Assembly: GCA_044368575.1 (NCBI GenBank)
Contig: JBIPPH010000008.1
Location: forward strand, 1,408-65,407
DNA: 64,000 bases
Direction of reading: 5' to 3'
DNA from: Bacteroidia bacterium
Lineage (GTDB): Bacteria > Bacteroidota > Bacteroidia > NS11-12g > UBA955
Shown piece after piece: positions 46,189 through 56,073 of the stretch (position 1 is the stretch's first letter; each line of letters begins with the position of its first letter). The notes below the pieces were generated by a model. It was not told where the DNA came from and made no database searches. It saw only the letters and a list, made by a program, of their open reading frames with translations. The translations under genes were made by a program, and so were the position numbers.

Positions 46189-47516
46189 GAAATCACTACT
46201 TTAATGCGCTTTATGCGTCTATTGTCTACAGATTCAATGGTAAAGGCAAAGTGTTTGTAATGAATGGTTTCATTCCTAAATGGAATCTTGCCATTCAATT
46301 CCAACAACATACCAGCCATTGACTCCGCTTCCCCTTTTACTTGGTCAAAAAAATCATCCTCAGTCTGGGTAATTTTACAAAAATCATTGATCAGCATTTT
46401 GCCTTCAATGATGTATTGGCTGTCATCAATTTTACTGTATGACAAAGGCTCTTCATCAAACTCATCATTGATCTCTCCGAAGATTTCCTCGAGAATATCT
46501 TCCATGGTCACGATGCCTAATTTTCCACCGTATTCATCAACCACAATGGCCATGTGCATTCTCTGTTCTTGGAATTCACTCAGCAATAAATCAATACGTT
46601 TATTTTCTGGTACAAACAAAGCAGGTTTCAATAAGGATTTCCATTTAAAGTTTGATGACTCATTCAAGTGAGGTAAAATTTCTTTAATGTAGAGCACACC
46701 AACAATGTTATCAAAAGTATCGTCATACACAGGGAACCTTGAATATCCAAGTTCATTCACTTTACCCATCATTTCGTGAAAATTGCTATGGACTTCAATG
46801 GCCGCCACATCAATCCGACCTTTCATGATTTGTCTGACAGTTTTACTCCCGAAATTGACTATCCCTTTTAAAATGGCTTTTTCTTGTTGGCCTGTATGAG
46901 CGTCCGTAGTGATATCAATGGCATGGGTGAGTTCATCTGCAGACACCGTATGTTCATGCACCTTTACTTTTTTATCAATGATGGTCGTAAACCTTACCAT
47001 TGGAATCACTAAAAAAGAGAAAGCTTTTTGACAAACTAATAGTGGCAAGGCAATCATTTTGGAAATGCGAACATTGTTTCGGCTGGCATAAACCTTTGGA
47101 ACGACTTCCCCAAACAACAATAAAACTAAAGAGACCAAAATCACTTTAATAGCAAAGTCTAAATATGGATGAATGTCTTTGTTAAGTATGCTTTCCATCC
47201 AAACAGAACTGACAATTACGAAAGTAACGTTCACAAAATTATTGCCCACTAAAATAGTTGCCAATAACTTTTTAGGTTGACTTAACAATTTAAGTACTGC
47301 ATTACCAGAAGCTGAATCAAGGGCCTTCATGTCTTCTTTCTCTTTTGCATTCAAAGAAAACAATGCATTTTCTGAAGCAGAAAACAAGCTAGAACAGAAT
47401 ACTAATAGGATTAAAAACAACAATGTACCGTAGAGGTACAAATAAGAGATACTAGCTAATTCAGGGTTAAAAACACCTAAAATGCTTAGCGGGGTCGAAG
47501 GATAAGGGTCGTCCAT
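46185..47516 (-). CDS. gldE: Gliding motility-associated GldE (DUF21-CBS-CorC_HlyC / CNNM family)
   Basis: 443 aa with an N-terminal four-TM DUF21, a CBS pair and a C-terminal CorC domain. It sits in the mutY-ssb-gldE-gldD order described for Flavobacterium. Confidence 0.85.
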   Translation of the reverse strand: MDDPYPSTPLSILGVFNPELASISYLYLYGTLLFLILLVFCSSLFSASENALFSLNAKEKEDMKALDSASGNAVLKLLSQPKKLLATILVGNNFVNVTFVIVSSVWMESILNKDIHPYLDFAIKVILVSLVLLLFGEVVPKVYASRNNVRISKMIALPLLVCQKAFSFLVIPMVRFTTIIDKKVKVHEHTVSADELTHAIDITTDAHTGQQEKAILKGIVNFGSKTVRQIMKGRIDVAAIEVHSNFHEMMGKVNELGYSRFPVYDDTFDNIVGVLYIKEILPHLNESSNFKWKSLLKPALFVPENKRIDLLLSEFQEQRMHMAIVVDEYGGKLGIVTMEDILEEIFGEINDEFDEEPLSYSKIDDSQYIIEGKMLINDFCKITQTEDDFFDQVKGEAESMAGMLLELNGKIPFRNETIHYKHFAFTIESVDNRRIKRIKVVIS

Positions 47517-47533
47517 GTAACTTTAAACTTATA

Positions 47534-47950
47534 TTAAAATGGTAGATCGTCTGCTTGTAAATCCATTGGGGCATCATCAACAGGAGGCGTTGATCTGTTG
47601 TCTGAATTAGATGGGTTTTCAGAATTAGGAGAAGCCACTACTTGAAATTGTAGCGCTCGGATTCTCACAGCACTTCTTTTATTGCCATCTTTATCAGTCC
47701 AAGTTTCGTTTTTGATTTTGCCTTCAATAAAAACTGTACGACCTTTTTTAAGCACTTTTTCTGCATTTCTGGCCAAGGCATCCCACATTTCAATGTTGTG
47801 CCAATCCGTTTGTTCAACTTTATTACCTGATTTATCAATAAACACTTCGTTTGTAGCAATAGTAAAATTAGCTACTGCACGGTTATTGTCTAAATAGCGA
47901 ACTTCAGGATCTTTGCCCAACCTACCTAATAGAAAAACCTTGTTGACCAT
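47534..47950 (-). CDS. ssb: Single-stranded DNA-binding protein
   Basis: OB fold MVNKVFLLGRLGKDPEVR.., a Pro/Ser-rich linker and the C-terminal tip DDLPF. Confidence 0.95.
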   Translation of the reverse strand: MVNKVFLLGRLGKDPEVRYLDNNRAVANFTIATNEVFIDKSGNKVEQTDWHNIEMWDALARNAEKVLKKGRTVFIEGKIKNETWTDKDGNKRSAVRIRALQFQVVASPNSENPSNSDNRSTPPVDDAPMDLQADDLPF

Positions 47951-47969
47951 ATCAAAAAATAATTGCTTG

Positions 47970-49022
47970 TTACAAACATACTAAAAATTTCTCGATTAAA
48001 ACAGATACCGGATAGTTTTGAATCTGTGTGATTGGCACCCAAATTACATCTGATGCTTTAAAATCTATTTGATCATCAGCCTCTACAGTCCAAAATTGAG
48101 CGTGAATGGTTTGATGGGTTAACACCTGTTTGGCCTCAGATAAATACTCAATTTTATTTAAACGATTAAACAATATATTATCTATCTCTTTACGAACAAC
48201 ATTGGCAGACATCAATTGTTTGGATTCCACCAAAGGCAGCTCGTATAAATGCTGCCAAATATCTTTTTCTTGGCGTTTGCGAATGGCTATTTGTCCGTTT
48301 TGTTGTATCAAGAAATAATTGAAGAAGCGTTGGCGTTTCTTTATGGTTTTTGCCTTGACTGGAAAATTTTGAACAGCATTCATTTTTAAGGCTTTGCAAT
48401 TGAATGAAACCGGACATTCCGCACATTTGGGGGCATCTGGTTTACACAACATGGCCCCAAATTCCATGATGGCATTGTTGAATAAACTAGGCTGTTGGCC
48501 TTGAACCCAAGCCTCTAAAATGGCCATAAACTCTGGCCGACTTTTATTATCGTCAATTGGCGATTCAATTCCATATAACCTAGACAAAACCCTATACACA
48601 TTACCATCTAAACAAGGATATGCTTGATCAAATGCAAAAGACATAATTGCTGCTGCCGTGTATGGTCCAATGCCTGGCAATTTGAGTACAGCTTGGTATT
48701 GGTCAGGAAATTTCCCATCGTATTGATTTACAATTATTTGAGCTGTTTTGTGCAAATTTCGAGCTCGTGAATAATAGCCCAAGCCTTGCCACAACTTCAA
48801 AACAGACTCTTGGTCTGCAGACGCTAACGACTGAATATCAGGATATTGCGACACAAATCGTTCATAATACCCCAGGCCTTGAACCACCTGAGTTTGCTGC
48901 AAAATGATCTCTGAAAGCCATATTTTATAAGGGTCTTTAGTATTCCTCCAAGGCAAATCCCTGAAATTATTTTTATACCAAGCGATTATTTCTAAAACAT
49001 TTTCCATAGATTTGTAATACAA
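47970..49022 (-). CDS. mutY: A/G-specific adenine DNA glycosylase
   Basis: WYKNNFRDLPWR, the HhH-GPD region, the 4Fe-4S cluster C..(6)C..C..(5)C (CKPDAPKCAECPVSFNC) and a NUDIX-like C-terminal domain. The true start may be the Met at 49007 (MENVLEII). Confidence 0.9.
   Translation of the reverse strand: MYYKSMENVLEIIAWYKNNFRDLPWRNTKDPYKIWLSEIILQQTQVVQGLGYYERFVSQYPDIQSLASADQESVLKLWQGLGYYSRARNLHKTAQIIVNQYDGKFPDQYQAVLKLPGIGPYTAAAIMSFAFDQAYPCLDGNVYRVLSRLYGIESPIDDNKSRPEFMAILEAWVQGQQPSLFNNAIMEFGAMLCKPDAPKCAECPVSFNCKALKMNAVQNFPVKAKTIKKRQRFFNYFLIQQNGQIAIRKRQEKDIWQHLYELPLVESKQLMSANVVRKEIDNILFNRLNKIEYLSEAKQVLTHQTIHAQFWTVEADDQIDFKASDVIWVPITQIQNYPVSVLIEKFLVCL
49007..49014 (+). promoter_or_regulatory. 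-7 box (TAGATTTG) for the HU gene
   Basis: Exact TAnnTTTG, 44 nt upstream of the ATG at 49059. It overlaps the extreme 5' end of the longest mutY ORF. Confidence 0.45.
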
Positions 49023-49058
49023 ACATCAAGATTATTGAAATAATAACTACCATTCCTT

Positions 49059-49379
49059 ATGACAAAAGCAGAAATTATTAGTGAAATTTCCGAAAAAACA
49101 GGCATTGACAAAGTCATTGTTACTGAGACTATGGAATCCTTCTTCAAGGTCATGAAAAACAACATGTCACAAGGTGAAAACATCTATTTCAGAGGCTTTG
49201 GTAGTTTTATCCTTAAAAAAAGAGCTAAAAAAGTAGCTAGAAATATTTCTAAGAATACCGCTTTGGTGATCGATGAGCATTTCATTCCAAAATTTAAGCC
49301 TGCAAAAGTATTCGTCGAAAAAGTAAAAACAAGCATTCCTTCTGATTTTGTTCCTAAAAAAGAAGAAAAAGAATATTAA
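49059..49379 (+). CDS. HU/IHF-family DNA-binding protein
   Basis: MTKAEIISEISEKTGI....V....FF........GE.I.FRGFGSF..K.RA.K.ARN has the typical HU fold with a Lys/Glu-rich tail. Confidence 0.9.
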   Translation: MTKAEIISEISEKTGIDKVIVTETMESFFKVMKNNMSQGENIYFRGFGSFILKKRAKKVARNISKNTALVIDEHFIPKFKPAKVFVEKVKTSIPSDFVPKKEEKEY

Positions 49380-49388
49380 TTTCGCCGC

Positions 49389-50171
49389 ATGAAGCTGAAC
49401 CCATTAAAAGCAATCTTATTGATTGCTTTTTTTATTGTAACTGCCCTACTCACCTATTTTGGTTTGCACAAATCTGAAGCTCAAATTGATTTTGAAGCTT
49501 TGAACAAAGAAAGATCTGAAGCCATGACTGCTCAAAACGAGAAGGCTTTTGAATCCATTTTAAACAATTTGGGGAGCAGCACAACCGTTGTTAAACCAGA
49601 TATTTTAAGCTCTAATGACACCCAGCGTATTGCCCTATCAATTACATTATTGGATACCATGCAGCAATACCTTTATGCAGCAGTCTTAAGTGAGCGCGTA
49701 GCCAAAATCAACAACAATGCTTGGCGTTATCACACAGCAGCCCGTTACTTTTTGATGGAAACAGAAAAGGGTGAGCATTTAAGTCTCTTATTCAAAAAAG
49801 CTAAAACCAATTTAGAACAATGCTTGAGCATTGAGCCCAACAATTTAAATGCAAAAGTGGATTTGGCTGTTAGCATTTACAACATCAATAACCAGGAACC
49901 ACCTAAAAATACTGCAGACCTTATGCGTCCGGCTTTACTACTTAGAGAAGTTGTTGCAGTTGATTCTAACCACATTGATGGACTGTATTACTTAGGAAAA
50001 TTAGCCCAAGCTTCTAATCAATTAGAAAAAGCTATTGAAAGATTTAAAAAATTAGTATATTTGCAACCCCAAAATCGCGAATATTACTTGGAATTAAGTC
50101 AAATGTATGAACGATTAGGGAACCAAAAAGAAGCAAAAGTTTGGCTCGAAAAAAGCCAAAACATTAATTAA
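49389..50171 (+). CDS. Membrane-anchored TPR-repeat protein
   Basis: N-terminal TM segment LLIAFFIVTALLTYF and TPR-like helices (..YYLGKLAQASNQLEKAIERFKKLVYLQPQN..YYLELSQMYERLGNQKEA). Confidence 0.7.
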   Translation: MKLNPLKAILLIAFFIVTALLTYFGLHKSEAQIDFEALNKERSEAMTAQNEKAFESILNNLGSSTTVVKPDILSSNDTQRIALSITLLDTMQQYLYAAVLSERVAKINNNAWRYHTAARYFLMETEKGEHLSLLFKKAKTNLEQCLSIEPNNLNAKVDLAVSIYNINNQEPPKNTADLMRPALLLREVVAVDSNHIDGLYYLGKLAQASNQLEKAIERFKKLVYLQPQNREYYLELSQMYERLGNQKEAKVWLEKSQNIN

Positions 50172-50193
50172 ACCATTATATAAAGACATTATT

Positions 50194-50283
50194 ATGCCAA
50201 GCGGAAAGAAAAGAAAAAGACACAAAATTGCTACTCACAAACGCAAAAAAAGATTGAGAAAAAATCGTCATAAGAAGAAGTAA
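50194..50283 (+). CDS. 29-aa Lys/Arg-rich micro-protein, bS22-like (AURKAIP1/COX24-type small ribosomal protein)
   Basis: My translation is MPSGKKRKRHKIATHKRKKRLRKNRHKKK*. It sits in a 136-nt gap between the TPR gene and rng and is too short for the ORF track. The family assignment is from memory of bS22-type peptides. Confidence 0.55.
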   Translation: MPSGKKRKRHKIATHKRKKRLRKNRHKKK

Positions 50284-50307
50284 TTCATCTTTTAATCTTT
50301 TACCATT

Positions 50308-51858
50308 GTGAATGAGCTTGTCATTGACCGCAACTCAAATGGCATAGATGTAGCCTTATTATTCAACAAACAACTCACTGAACTCCATCAGGAGAACGCC
50401 GTTTCTTCGTTCCAGATCGGTGACGTTTATTTGGCTAAAGTCAAAAAAATCATGCCAAATCTCAATGCCGCATTTTTAGATGTTGGCCACGAGAGAGACG
50501 CATTCTTACATTACACAGATCTCGGCGCGAATTTTAATTCAGTTGCCAAATTAACCAAAATCGTTACCCAAGGTGGTTTAAAATCTACTCACCTCGATGA
50601 ATTCGAAAAAGAGGAGGAAATCGTTAAAACAGGTAAAATTACTGAGTTAGTTAAAAAAGGAGATCAGTTACTAGTTCAAATTTTTAAAGAGCCCATTGGC
50701 AATAAAGGACCAAGAATCACTTGTGATTTGTCTTTTGCTGGCAGATATTGTGTATTGGTGCCTTTTGGCAAAACCACTGCCATCTCTAAGAAAATTTCGG
50801 ACGTCAACCACAAAAAGCGTTTGAAGCAAATGGTTGACAAAATCAAACCTAAGAACTTTGGTGTCATCATAAGAACCATTGCAGAAGAGGCGCTTATTGA
50901 AGACATTGAGATGGATTTAAACAATCTCATTGGCCAATGGGAAACCTTGGTTAATGCTTCAAGAAATGCAGTGCCGCCTGTAAAAGTATTGGGCGAAATT
51001 TCAAGAACAGAGTCATTATTAAGAGATTTATTAAACGATGAATTCTCTAATATCCATGTTAATGATGCAGATTACGCATTAAAACTAAAAACCTATATTG
51101 GACATATTGCTCCAGGCAAAGAAGAGTTAGTTAGAGTTTACAACAATAAAGTGCCGATTTTTCAGCACTTTGGCATTGACAAACAAATCAAAGCTTCTTT
51201 TGGCAAGAATGTGATGTTCAACAATGGCGCTTATTTGATCATTGAACACACTGAGGCTATGCACGTAATTGATGTAAATAGCGGCAGAAAAACCAGTGCG
51301 ACTGAAAACCAACAAGAAAACGCCCTAAAGATTAATTTAGAAGCCACCAAAGAAATAGCTCGTCAATTAAGATTGAGAGATTTGGGTGGTATTATCGTAA
51401 TAGACTTTATTGACTTAAAGAACCCTACGCACCGTAAAGAACTATTGGATACTTTAACGGCTGCAATGAAATCTGACCGATCTAAACACAACATTTTGCC
51501 AATGAGCAAATTTGGTTTGATTCAGATCACCAGAGAAAGGGTCAGACAAGAAACCAATATCAATACCACTGAATTATGCCCTAGTTGTAATGGCACAGGC
51601 ACAGTTGTATCGAGCATGCTGTTGAGTGATAATATACTCGAAAAGCTTCAATACATTTGGGACAGTCAAAATGCCCAAAAATTGACTTTAAAGGTGAACC
51701 CTATCATTAAAGCGTATTTGACTAAAGGCGGTTTTAAAAGTGTTAGGTTCCAATGGTTTTGGAAGTATAAAAAGTGGGTTAAAATTCAAGCGGAACACTT
51801 GTACCATTTAACCAATTTCACCATTTGCAATGAGGCAGGTGATGAATTAAATCCTTAA
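50308..51858 (+). CDS. rng: Ribonuclease G/E family endoribonuclease
   Basis: 516 aa with an S1-like N-terminus (GDVYLAKVKKIMPNLNAAFLDVG), the catalytic core HVIDVNSG and GGIIVIDFID, and the Zn-link CPSCNGTG. GTG start. Confidence 0.9.
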   Translation: MNELVIDRNSNGIDVALLFNKQLTELHQENAVSSFQIGDVYLAKVKKIMPNLNAAFLDVGHERDAFLHYTDLGANFNSVAKLTKIVTQGGLKSTHLDEFEKEEEIVKTGKITELVKKGDQLLVQIFKEPIGNKGPRITCDLSFAGRYCVLVPFGKTTAISKKISDVNHKKRLKQMVDKIKPKNFGVIIRTIAEEALIEDIEMDLNNLIGQWETLVNASRNAVPPVKVLGEISRTESLLRDLLNDEFSNIHVNDADYALKLKTYIGHIAPGKEELVRVYNNKVPIFQHFGIDKQIKASFGKNVMFNNGAYLIIEHTEAMHVIDVNSGRKTSATENQQENALKINLEATKEIARQLRLRDLGGIIVIDFIDLKNPTHRKELLDTLTAAMKSDRSKHNILPMSKFGLIQITRERVRQETNINTTELCPSCNGTGTVVSSMLLSDNILEKLQYIWDSQNAQKLTLKVNPIIKAYLTKGGFKSVRFQWFWKYKKWVKIQAEHLYHLTNFTICNEAGDELNP

Positions 51859-53037
51859 TTATTTTTGCTTCGGCTTTTGTTCTAACAACTCGCCTTCATT
51901 ATTGTATTTCTGATACAATACCATTTTGCCTTTCTCATTGTAATAGCGCCACTCTCCTACCATTTTACCACTGGCGTATTCACCTTCAACGTGTTCGGCT
52001 TTATTGAATAAACCTGATTTAAATGGACCATCTAGCAAGCCATTTTTATAGGCTCCGACTTCATCTAAACCTCTTACATATTGCTTATTTGAAGTTTTAG
52101 GATCGAAGGGTTTATTGACCTTTTTCTTGCCAAAATCTTTGACGCCTGAAAAGTATTTCATATAAGGGCCATTCAGCACATCATTTTCGTAATGATAAAC
52201 ATTAAGTGTATCGCCGGCTTCATTGAATGAAATAGAATTGCCTTCGCGTTTACCTAAACGAAAAAACGCTTCTTTAAGTACAACTCCAAAAACGTTATCT
52301 GAATACCTTGAAATGCTGTCTAAAAGCCCTTGTTTGTAGTAGGTCTCTTCTGCAATCAAACCTGTTAAATGGTATTTATAACATTTGCCATTTCTAATGC
52401 CATTGGCATATTCAATTTCAGATCTGATATTGCCAGCTGGATAATAACTCTGCATTAAACCATTTGGAACATCATTGGTTAAATAGACCTTTTGTTCTAA
52501 TTGCCCATTTTTGTAATAGGTCATTGACCAACCTGTTCTTATGCCTTTAATGTATTGGTGTATGTATTTAGGCAAACCATTTTCATACAAACAAGTTACA
52601 GTGCTGTCTAACTCATCATTGATGTATTTACCAATGAGTTGAATGTTACCATTTTCATGATAATATACAAACGGGCCATTGCGTTTGCCCATGTTAAAAG
52701 CTAATTTGGCTCTGACTTGATTACCTCCTAAAAAATATTCTGTTTTATCACCATGCAATAGACCATCCTTCCAATTGATCTCTTGCATCTTGGTTTTATT
52801 GTCGAATAAATCAATGCTAGTACCTGTATAAGGTTGATTATTGAAGTAATAGACCTCATTATTGTTTTGCAGGTCTTTGGTTAACACACGTCTTTTGATA
52901 ACATTAGAAGAAGCATCTTTACTTTGCTCCTGAACAATATTAGATTTTGAATTGGCTTGCTTTTGCGCCCAAGCAACTTGAAAGCTTAACAACAAAGAAA
53001 GACTAATGCCAATGACTTTTATATTCATAAAGCGCAT
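51859..53037 (-). CDS. MORN-variant / YwqK-family repeat protein, secreted
   Basis: Signal peptide ..SFQVAWAQ and repeated G....YY.NG.....Y.NG..NG units, for example YYKNGQLEQKVYLTNDVPNG and YYPAGNIRSEIEYANGIRNG. Confidence 0.75.
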   Translation of the reverse strand: MRFMNIKVIGISLSLLLSFQVAWAQKQANSKSNIVQEQSKDASSNVIKRRVLTKDLQNNNEVYYFNNQPYTGTSIDLFDNKTKMQEINWKDGLLHGDKTEYFLGGNQVRAKLAFNMGKRNGPFVYYHENGNIQLIGKYINDELDSTVTCLYENGLPKYIHQYIKGIRTGWSMTYYKNGQLEQKVYLTNDVPNGLMQSYYPAGNIRSEIEYANGIRNGKCYKYHLTGLIAEETYYKQGLLDSISRYSDNVFGVVLKEAFFRLGKREGNSISFNEAGDTLNVYHYENDVLNGPYMKYFSGVKDFGKKKVNKPFDPKTSNKQYVRGLDEVGAYKNGLLDGPFKSGLFNKAEHVEGEYASGKMVGEWRYYNEKGKMVLYQKYNNEGELLEQKPKQK

Positions 53038-53555
53038 TATGGTTTTACTAAGGCTTTGATTTTTTCCTCTAATTCAAGTTCACTGCCTTCAGTATAGCCA
53101 TTGTGTACGTATACGATATGTCCTGATTGATCCAATAATATGGTTTGAGGCGGATTGTTAACGTTCATCGCTCTGGCCAAGTCTTTGTTCTCATCTAACA
53201 AAATAATGTAGGGCCAAGTTAATGCAGTAACAGTCGGACTGACCTTTGAAACCGTTCTGGCATCATCCATAGAAATGGCCACCACTTCTAAGCCATATTT
53301 TTTCTTCCAATCGTCGTATAATTCAAGTACATTGTTTAGCTCTTTTATGCATGGTGTACACCAAGTAGCCCAAAAAGACAATACCATGATTTTACCGGTT
53401 TTACCATAATCTTGGATGTTCACAGGAGTACCATCCAATTTCTTAATCATAATGGATGGCATAGTTGGTTTGGCTTTAGTGGTATCTTCAGCAGTATCGG
53501 CTTTGGCAAATGGCGCGAGCACCATTACAGTTGATAATAAAAGAAATTTGAACAT
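53037..53555 (-). CDS. TlpA-family thiol-disulfide oxidoreductase
   Basis: Signal peptide MFKFLLLSTVMVLAPFAKA and the active site FWATWCTPC. Confidence 0.85.
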   Translation of the reverse strand: MFKFLLLSTVMVLAPFAKADTAEDTTKAKPTMPSIMIKKLDGTPVNIQDYGKTGKIMVLSFWATWCTPCIKELNNVLELYDDWKKKYGLEVVAISMDDARTVSKVSPTVTALTWPYIILLDENKDLARAMNVNNPPQTILLDQSGHIVYVHNGYTEGSELELEEKIKALVKP

Positions 53556-53603
53556 GTTTACAAATAAACAATCATTGTGCCAAATAAACAACCTGAACTT
53601 ATC

Positions 53604-53885
53604 CTAACAACCACAAGGATTGTAGTGTTTCACTTTGCCTTTTTTATTGCGCGTTTCAATGATGTCACCCTTGGCATTGAACTTCGTGTAATCAATGAGT
53701 TGACCATAGCGATAAGTTGACCGTTGAAGCACATATTTAGGTGTTCTACAAATCCAAATACCATGCTTAAGGGTATCCTGAACATAGTTACCAGAACACA
53801 CAACAGAATCTGCTGAGTTGGCCCAAAGCTTACCCATTGTTAAGCCTAAAAGACAAAGCAATAGTCTAGGCTTGAGTGGTATCAT
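53604..53885 (-). CDS. Small secreted protein with a MORN-like segment and a C-terminal PCGC
   Basis: From the internal Met: [22 protein letters not shown] (signal-like) ... [35 protein letters not shown]...HYNPCGC. The start overlaps the last 20 nt of ftsH, and the ORF-track start further upstream is inside ftsH. Confidence 0.45.
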   Translation of the reverse strand: MIPLKPRLLLCLLGLTMGKLWANSADSVVCSGNYVQDTLKHGIWICRTPKYVLQRSTYRYGQLIDYTKFNAKGDIIETRNKKGKVKHYNPCGC

Positions 53886-55959
53886 CGGCAGCGTTTTCGC
53901 TTGGCTCAGATGTTGTTGCAGTTTCTGAAACAGTTGTTTGATCCGTTTCAATGACAGCTTGATTTTGTGTTTGATCGCCATGAACAAATGATTCATAATT
54001 GGTTTTATGATCAAATGGACGTTTGCCAATAATGCTCTCTAAATCTGTTTGAAACAGTATTTCTTTAGCCAATAATTCATGGGCAAGCTTTTCAAGTTCA
54101 GAGCGTCTTTCATTCAACAAAGTTTTGGTGCGATCGTATGCCTTTTGAATGATCAATCTTACCTCTTCATCAATTAAATCAGCTGTTTTTTCGCTGTATG
54201 GCTTGTTGTAGGCAAACTCCCCTGTTGAATCATTGAAACTCACTTGACCCACTTTGTCGTTCATACCGTATATGGTCACCATGGCATAAGCCATTTTGGT
54301 AATGCGCTCTAAATCATTTTGAGCACCCGTACTGATTTTGCCAAAAATAATATCCTCAGCAGCTCTACCACCCAAGGTCATACACATTTCATCCATGAGT
54401 TGTTCAGTTCTGTATATGTATTGCTCTTTAGGTAAGTACTGCGCATAACCCAGAGCCGCAACACCTCTTGGAACAATTGAAACTTTTACTAAAGGATCAG
54501 CGAATTCTAAGAACCAACCAGCTACTGCGTGGCCCGCTTCATGATATGCTACTATATTCTTTTCTTCAGGTGATATCAATTTGTTTTTCTTTTCAAGACC
54601 ACCAATCACTCTGTCAATGGCATCTTGGAAATCTTGCATATCAATCTTCTCTTTGTTGTGTCTGGCAGCAATCAATGCAGCTTCATTACATACGTTAGCA
54701 ATCTCTGCACCAGCAAAACCTGGGGTTTGAGCAGACAACTTTTTAGCATCAATGTCTTCAGCTAAAGCTTTGCCATGTAAATGCACTTTAAAGATTTGTT
54801 CACGACCATTCAAATCTGGTTTATCAATTGAGATTTGTCTATCAAAGCGACCTGGTCTTAGTAAGGCTGAGTCTAATATATCTGGTCTGTTTGTGGCGGC
54901 TAAAATGATGACGCCGCTGTCTGTTCCAAATCCATCCATTTCAGTCAACAATTGGTTCAAAGTATTTTCTCGTTCATCATTCGAACCACTGACTAAATTC
55001 TTACCTCTGGCTCTACCGATGGCATCAATTTCATCAATGAAAATAATACAAGGGGCTTTTTCTTTGGCTTGTCTGAATAAATCTCTCACCCTAGAGGCAC
55101 CAACACCAACAAACATTTCAACAAAATCAGAACCTGATAAAGAGAAGAATGGCACATTGGCTTCGCCGGCAACCGCTTTTGCTAATAAGGTCTTACCAGT
55201 GCCTGGAGGGCCAATCAACAAGGCGCCTTTGGGAATCTTACCCCCTAATTTGGTGTATTTTTTAGGTTGTTTCAAGAAGTCTACAATTTCCATGACTTCA
55301 ACTTTGGCTTCATCTAAACCAGCCACATCTTTGAAGGTGATATTCACCTTGGTGTTTTTATCAAACAATGTTGCTTTACTTCTGCCAATATTAAACAATT
55401 GGCCTGGTCCACCAGCACCACCGCCTCCACCGCCCATTCGGCGCATCATGAAACTCCAAATCAATATGAATAAACCAATCATGAACAACCAATACAAAAT
55501 AGTACCTGATGAATCGCTCTCGTATTCGTAGTCTATAACAACAGCTTTGGCATTATTATAAGCCTCTTCGCTTATGGTTTTTTGCTGAACCAGCAAATTG
55601 TCATAGGCTTTATTGAAAGCCTCTTTATTGATCTCAAAATAGTATTCAGGCATTTTATCACCCAACATACTATTGTTAGAACGCTTAACGTCTTTGTATT
55701 TTTCGTTGTCTAATGCTTCTTTCTTAAGGTATACTTTAACCACACGGTCATTTAAGATCTCAATTTTTTCGACATCATTAGAAACAATCATCTTTTCAAC
55801 TTCGTTCCAATTGGTTTTTTTACCAGGATTGGAAGGGAAAAAACTGATGATCACAAAACCTAGTAAGAGTATACCCCAAATCCACCACATGTTAAAACGA
55901 GGTTTTGAAGGCTTTTTGTCTGAAAAAGGTTTTTCGTTGGGTTGTTGTTGGTTATCCAT
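53866..55959 (-). CDS. ftsH: ATP-dependent zinc metalloprotease FtsH
   Basis: AAA+ Walker [12 protein letters not shown], Walker [12 protein letters not shown], and the protease motif HEAGHAV. Confidence 0.95.
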   Translation of the reverse strand: MDNQQQPNEKPFSDKKPSKPRFNMWWIWGILLLGFVIISFFPSNPGKKTNWNEVEKMIVSNDVEKIEILNDRVVKVYLKKEALDNEKYKDVKRSNNSMLGDKMPEYYFEINKEAFNKAYDNLLVQQKTISEEAYNNAKAVVIDYEYESDSSGTILYWLFMIGLFILIWSFMMRRMGGGGGGAGGPGQLFNIGRSKATLFDKNTKVNITFKDVAGLDEAKVEVMEIVDFLKQPKKYTKLGGKIPKGALLIGPPGTGKTLLAKAVAGEANVPFFSLSGSDFVEMFVGVGASRVRDLFRQAKEKAPCIIFIDEIDAIGRARGKNLVSGSNDERENTLNQLLTEMDGFGTDSGVIILAATNRPDILDSALLRPGRFDRQISIDKPDLNGREQIFKVHLHGKALAEDIDAKKLSAQTPGFAGAEIANVCNEAALIAARHNKEKIDMQDFQDAIDRVIGGLEKKNKLISPEEKNIVAYHEAGHAVAGWFLEFADPLVKVSIVPRGVAALGYAQYLPKEQYIYRTEQLMDEMCMTLGGRAAEDIIFGKISTGAQNDLERITKMAYAMVTIYGMNDKVGQVSFNDSTGEFAYNKPYSEKTADLIDEEVRLIIQKAYDRTKTLLNERRSELEKLAHELLAKEILFQTDLESIIGKRPFDHKTNYESFVHGDQTQNQAVIETDQTTVSETATTSEPSENAADDTTQA

Positions 55960-55994
55960 TAAAATATTGTAATTGCTTAAGTTTGGCTGCTGTG

Positions 55995-56002
55995 CAAATG
56001 TA
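55995..56002 (-). promoter_or_regulatory. -7 box (TACATTTG) for ftsH
   Basis: Exact TAnnTTTG on the minus strand, 35 nt upstream of the ATG at 55959. Confidence 0.45.
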
Positions 56003-56045
56003 AATAATTGTTTAAACTATTTTTAACATTTAAGCTCAACTCCTT

Positions 56046-56053
56046 TATTTTTG
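56046..56053 (+). promoter_or_regulatory. -7 box (TATTTTTG) for kbl
   Basis: Exact TAnnTTTG, 20 nt upstream of the ATG at 56074. It lies inside the longer ORF-track version. Confidence 0.5.
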
Positions 56054-56073
56054 CAAAAAATATTCCAATCATT

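Noticed and set aside
55405-55435. GC-rich near-repeat CACCAGCACCACCGCCTCCACCGCC
   Set aside because: It encodes the poly-glycine linker ([11 protein letters not shown]) of FtsH and is not a repeat element.
54752-55531. 259-aa ORF on the plus strand, antisense to ftsH
   Set aside because: It lies entirely within the highly conserved AAA+ core of ftsH. Its low-complexity, Pro/Ser/Leu-rich product has no start context or -7 box. It is a typical shadow ORF of a strongly codon-biased gene.
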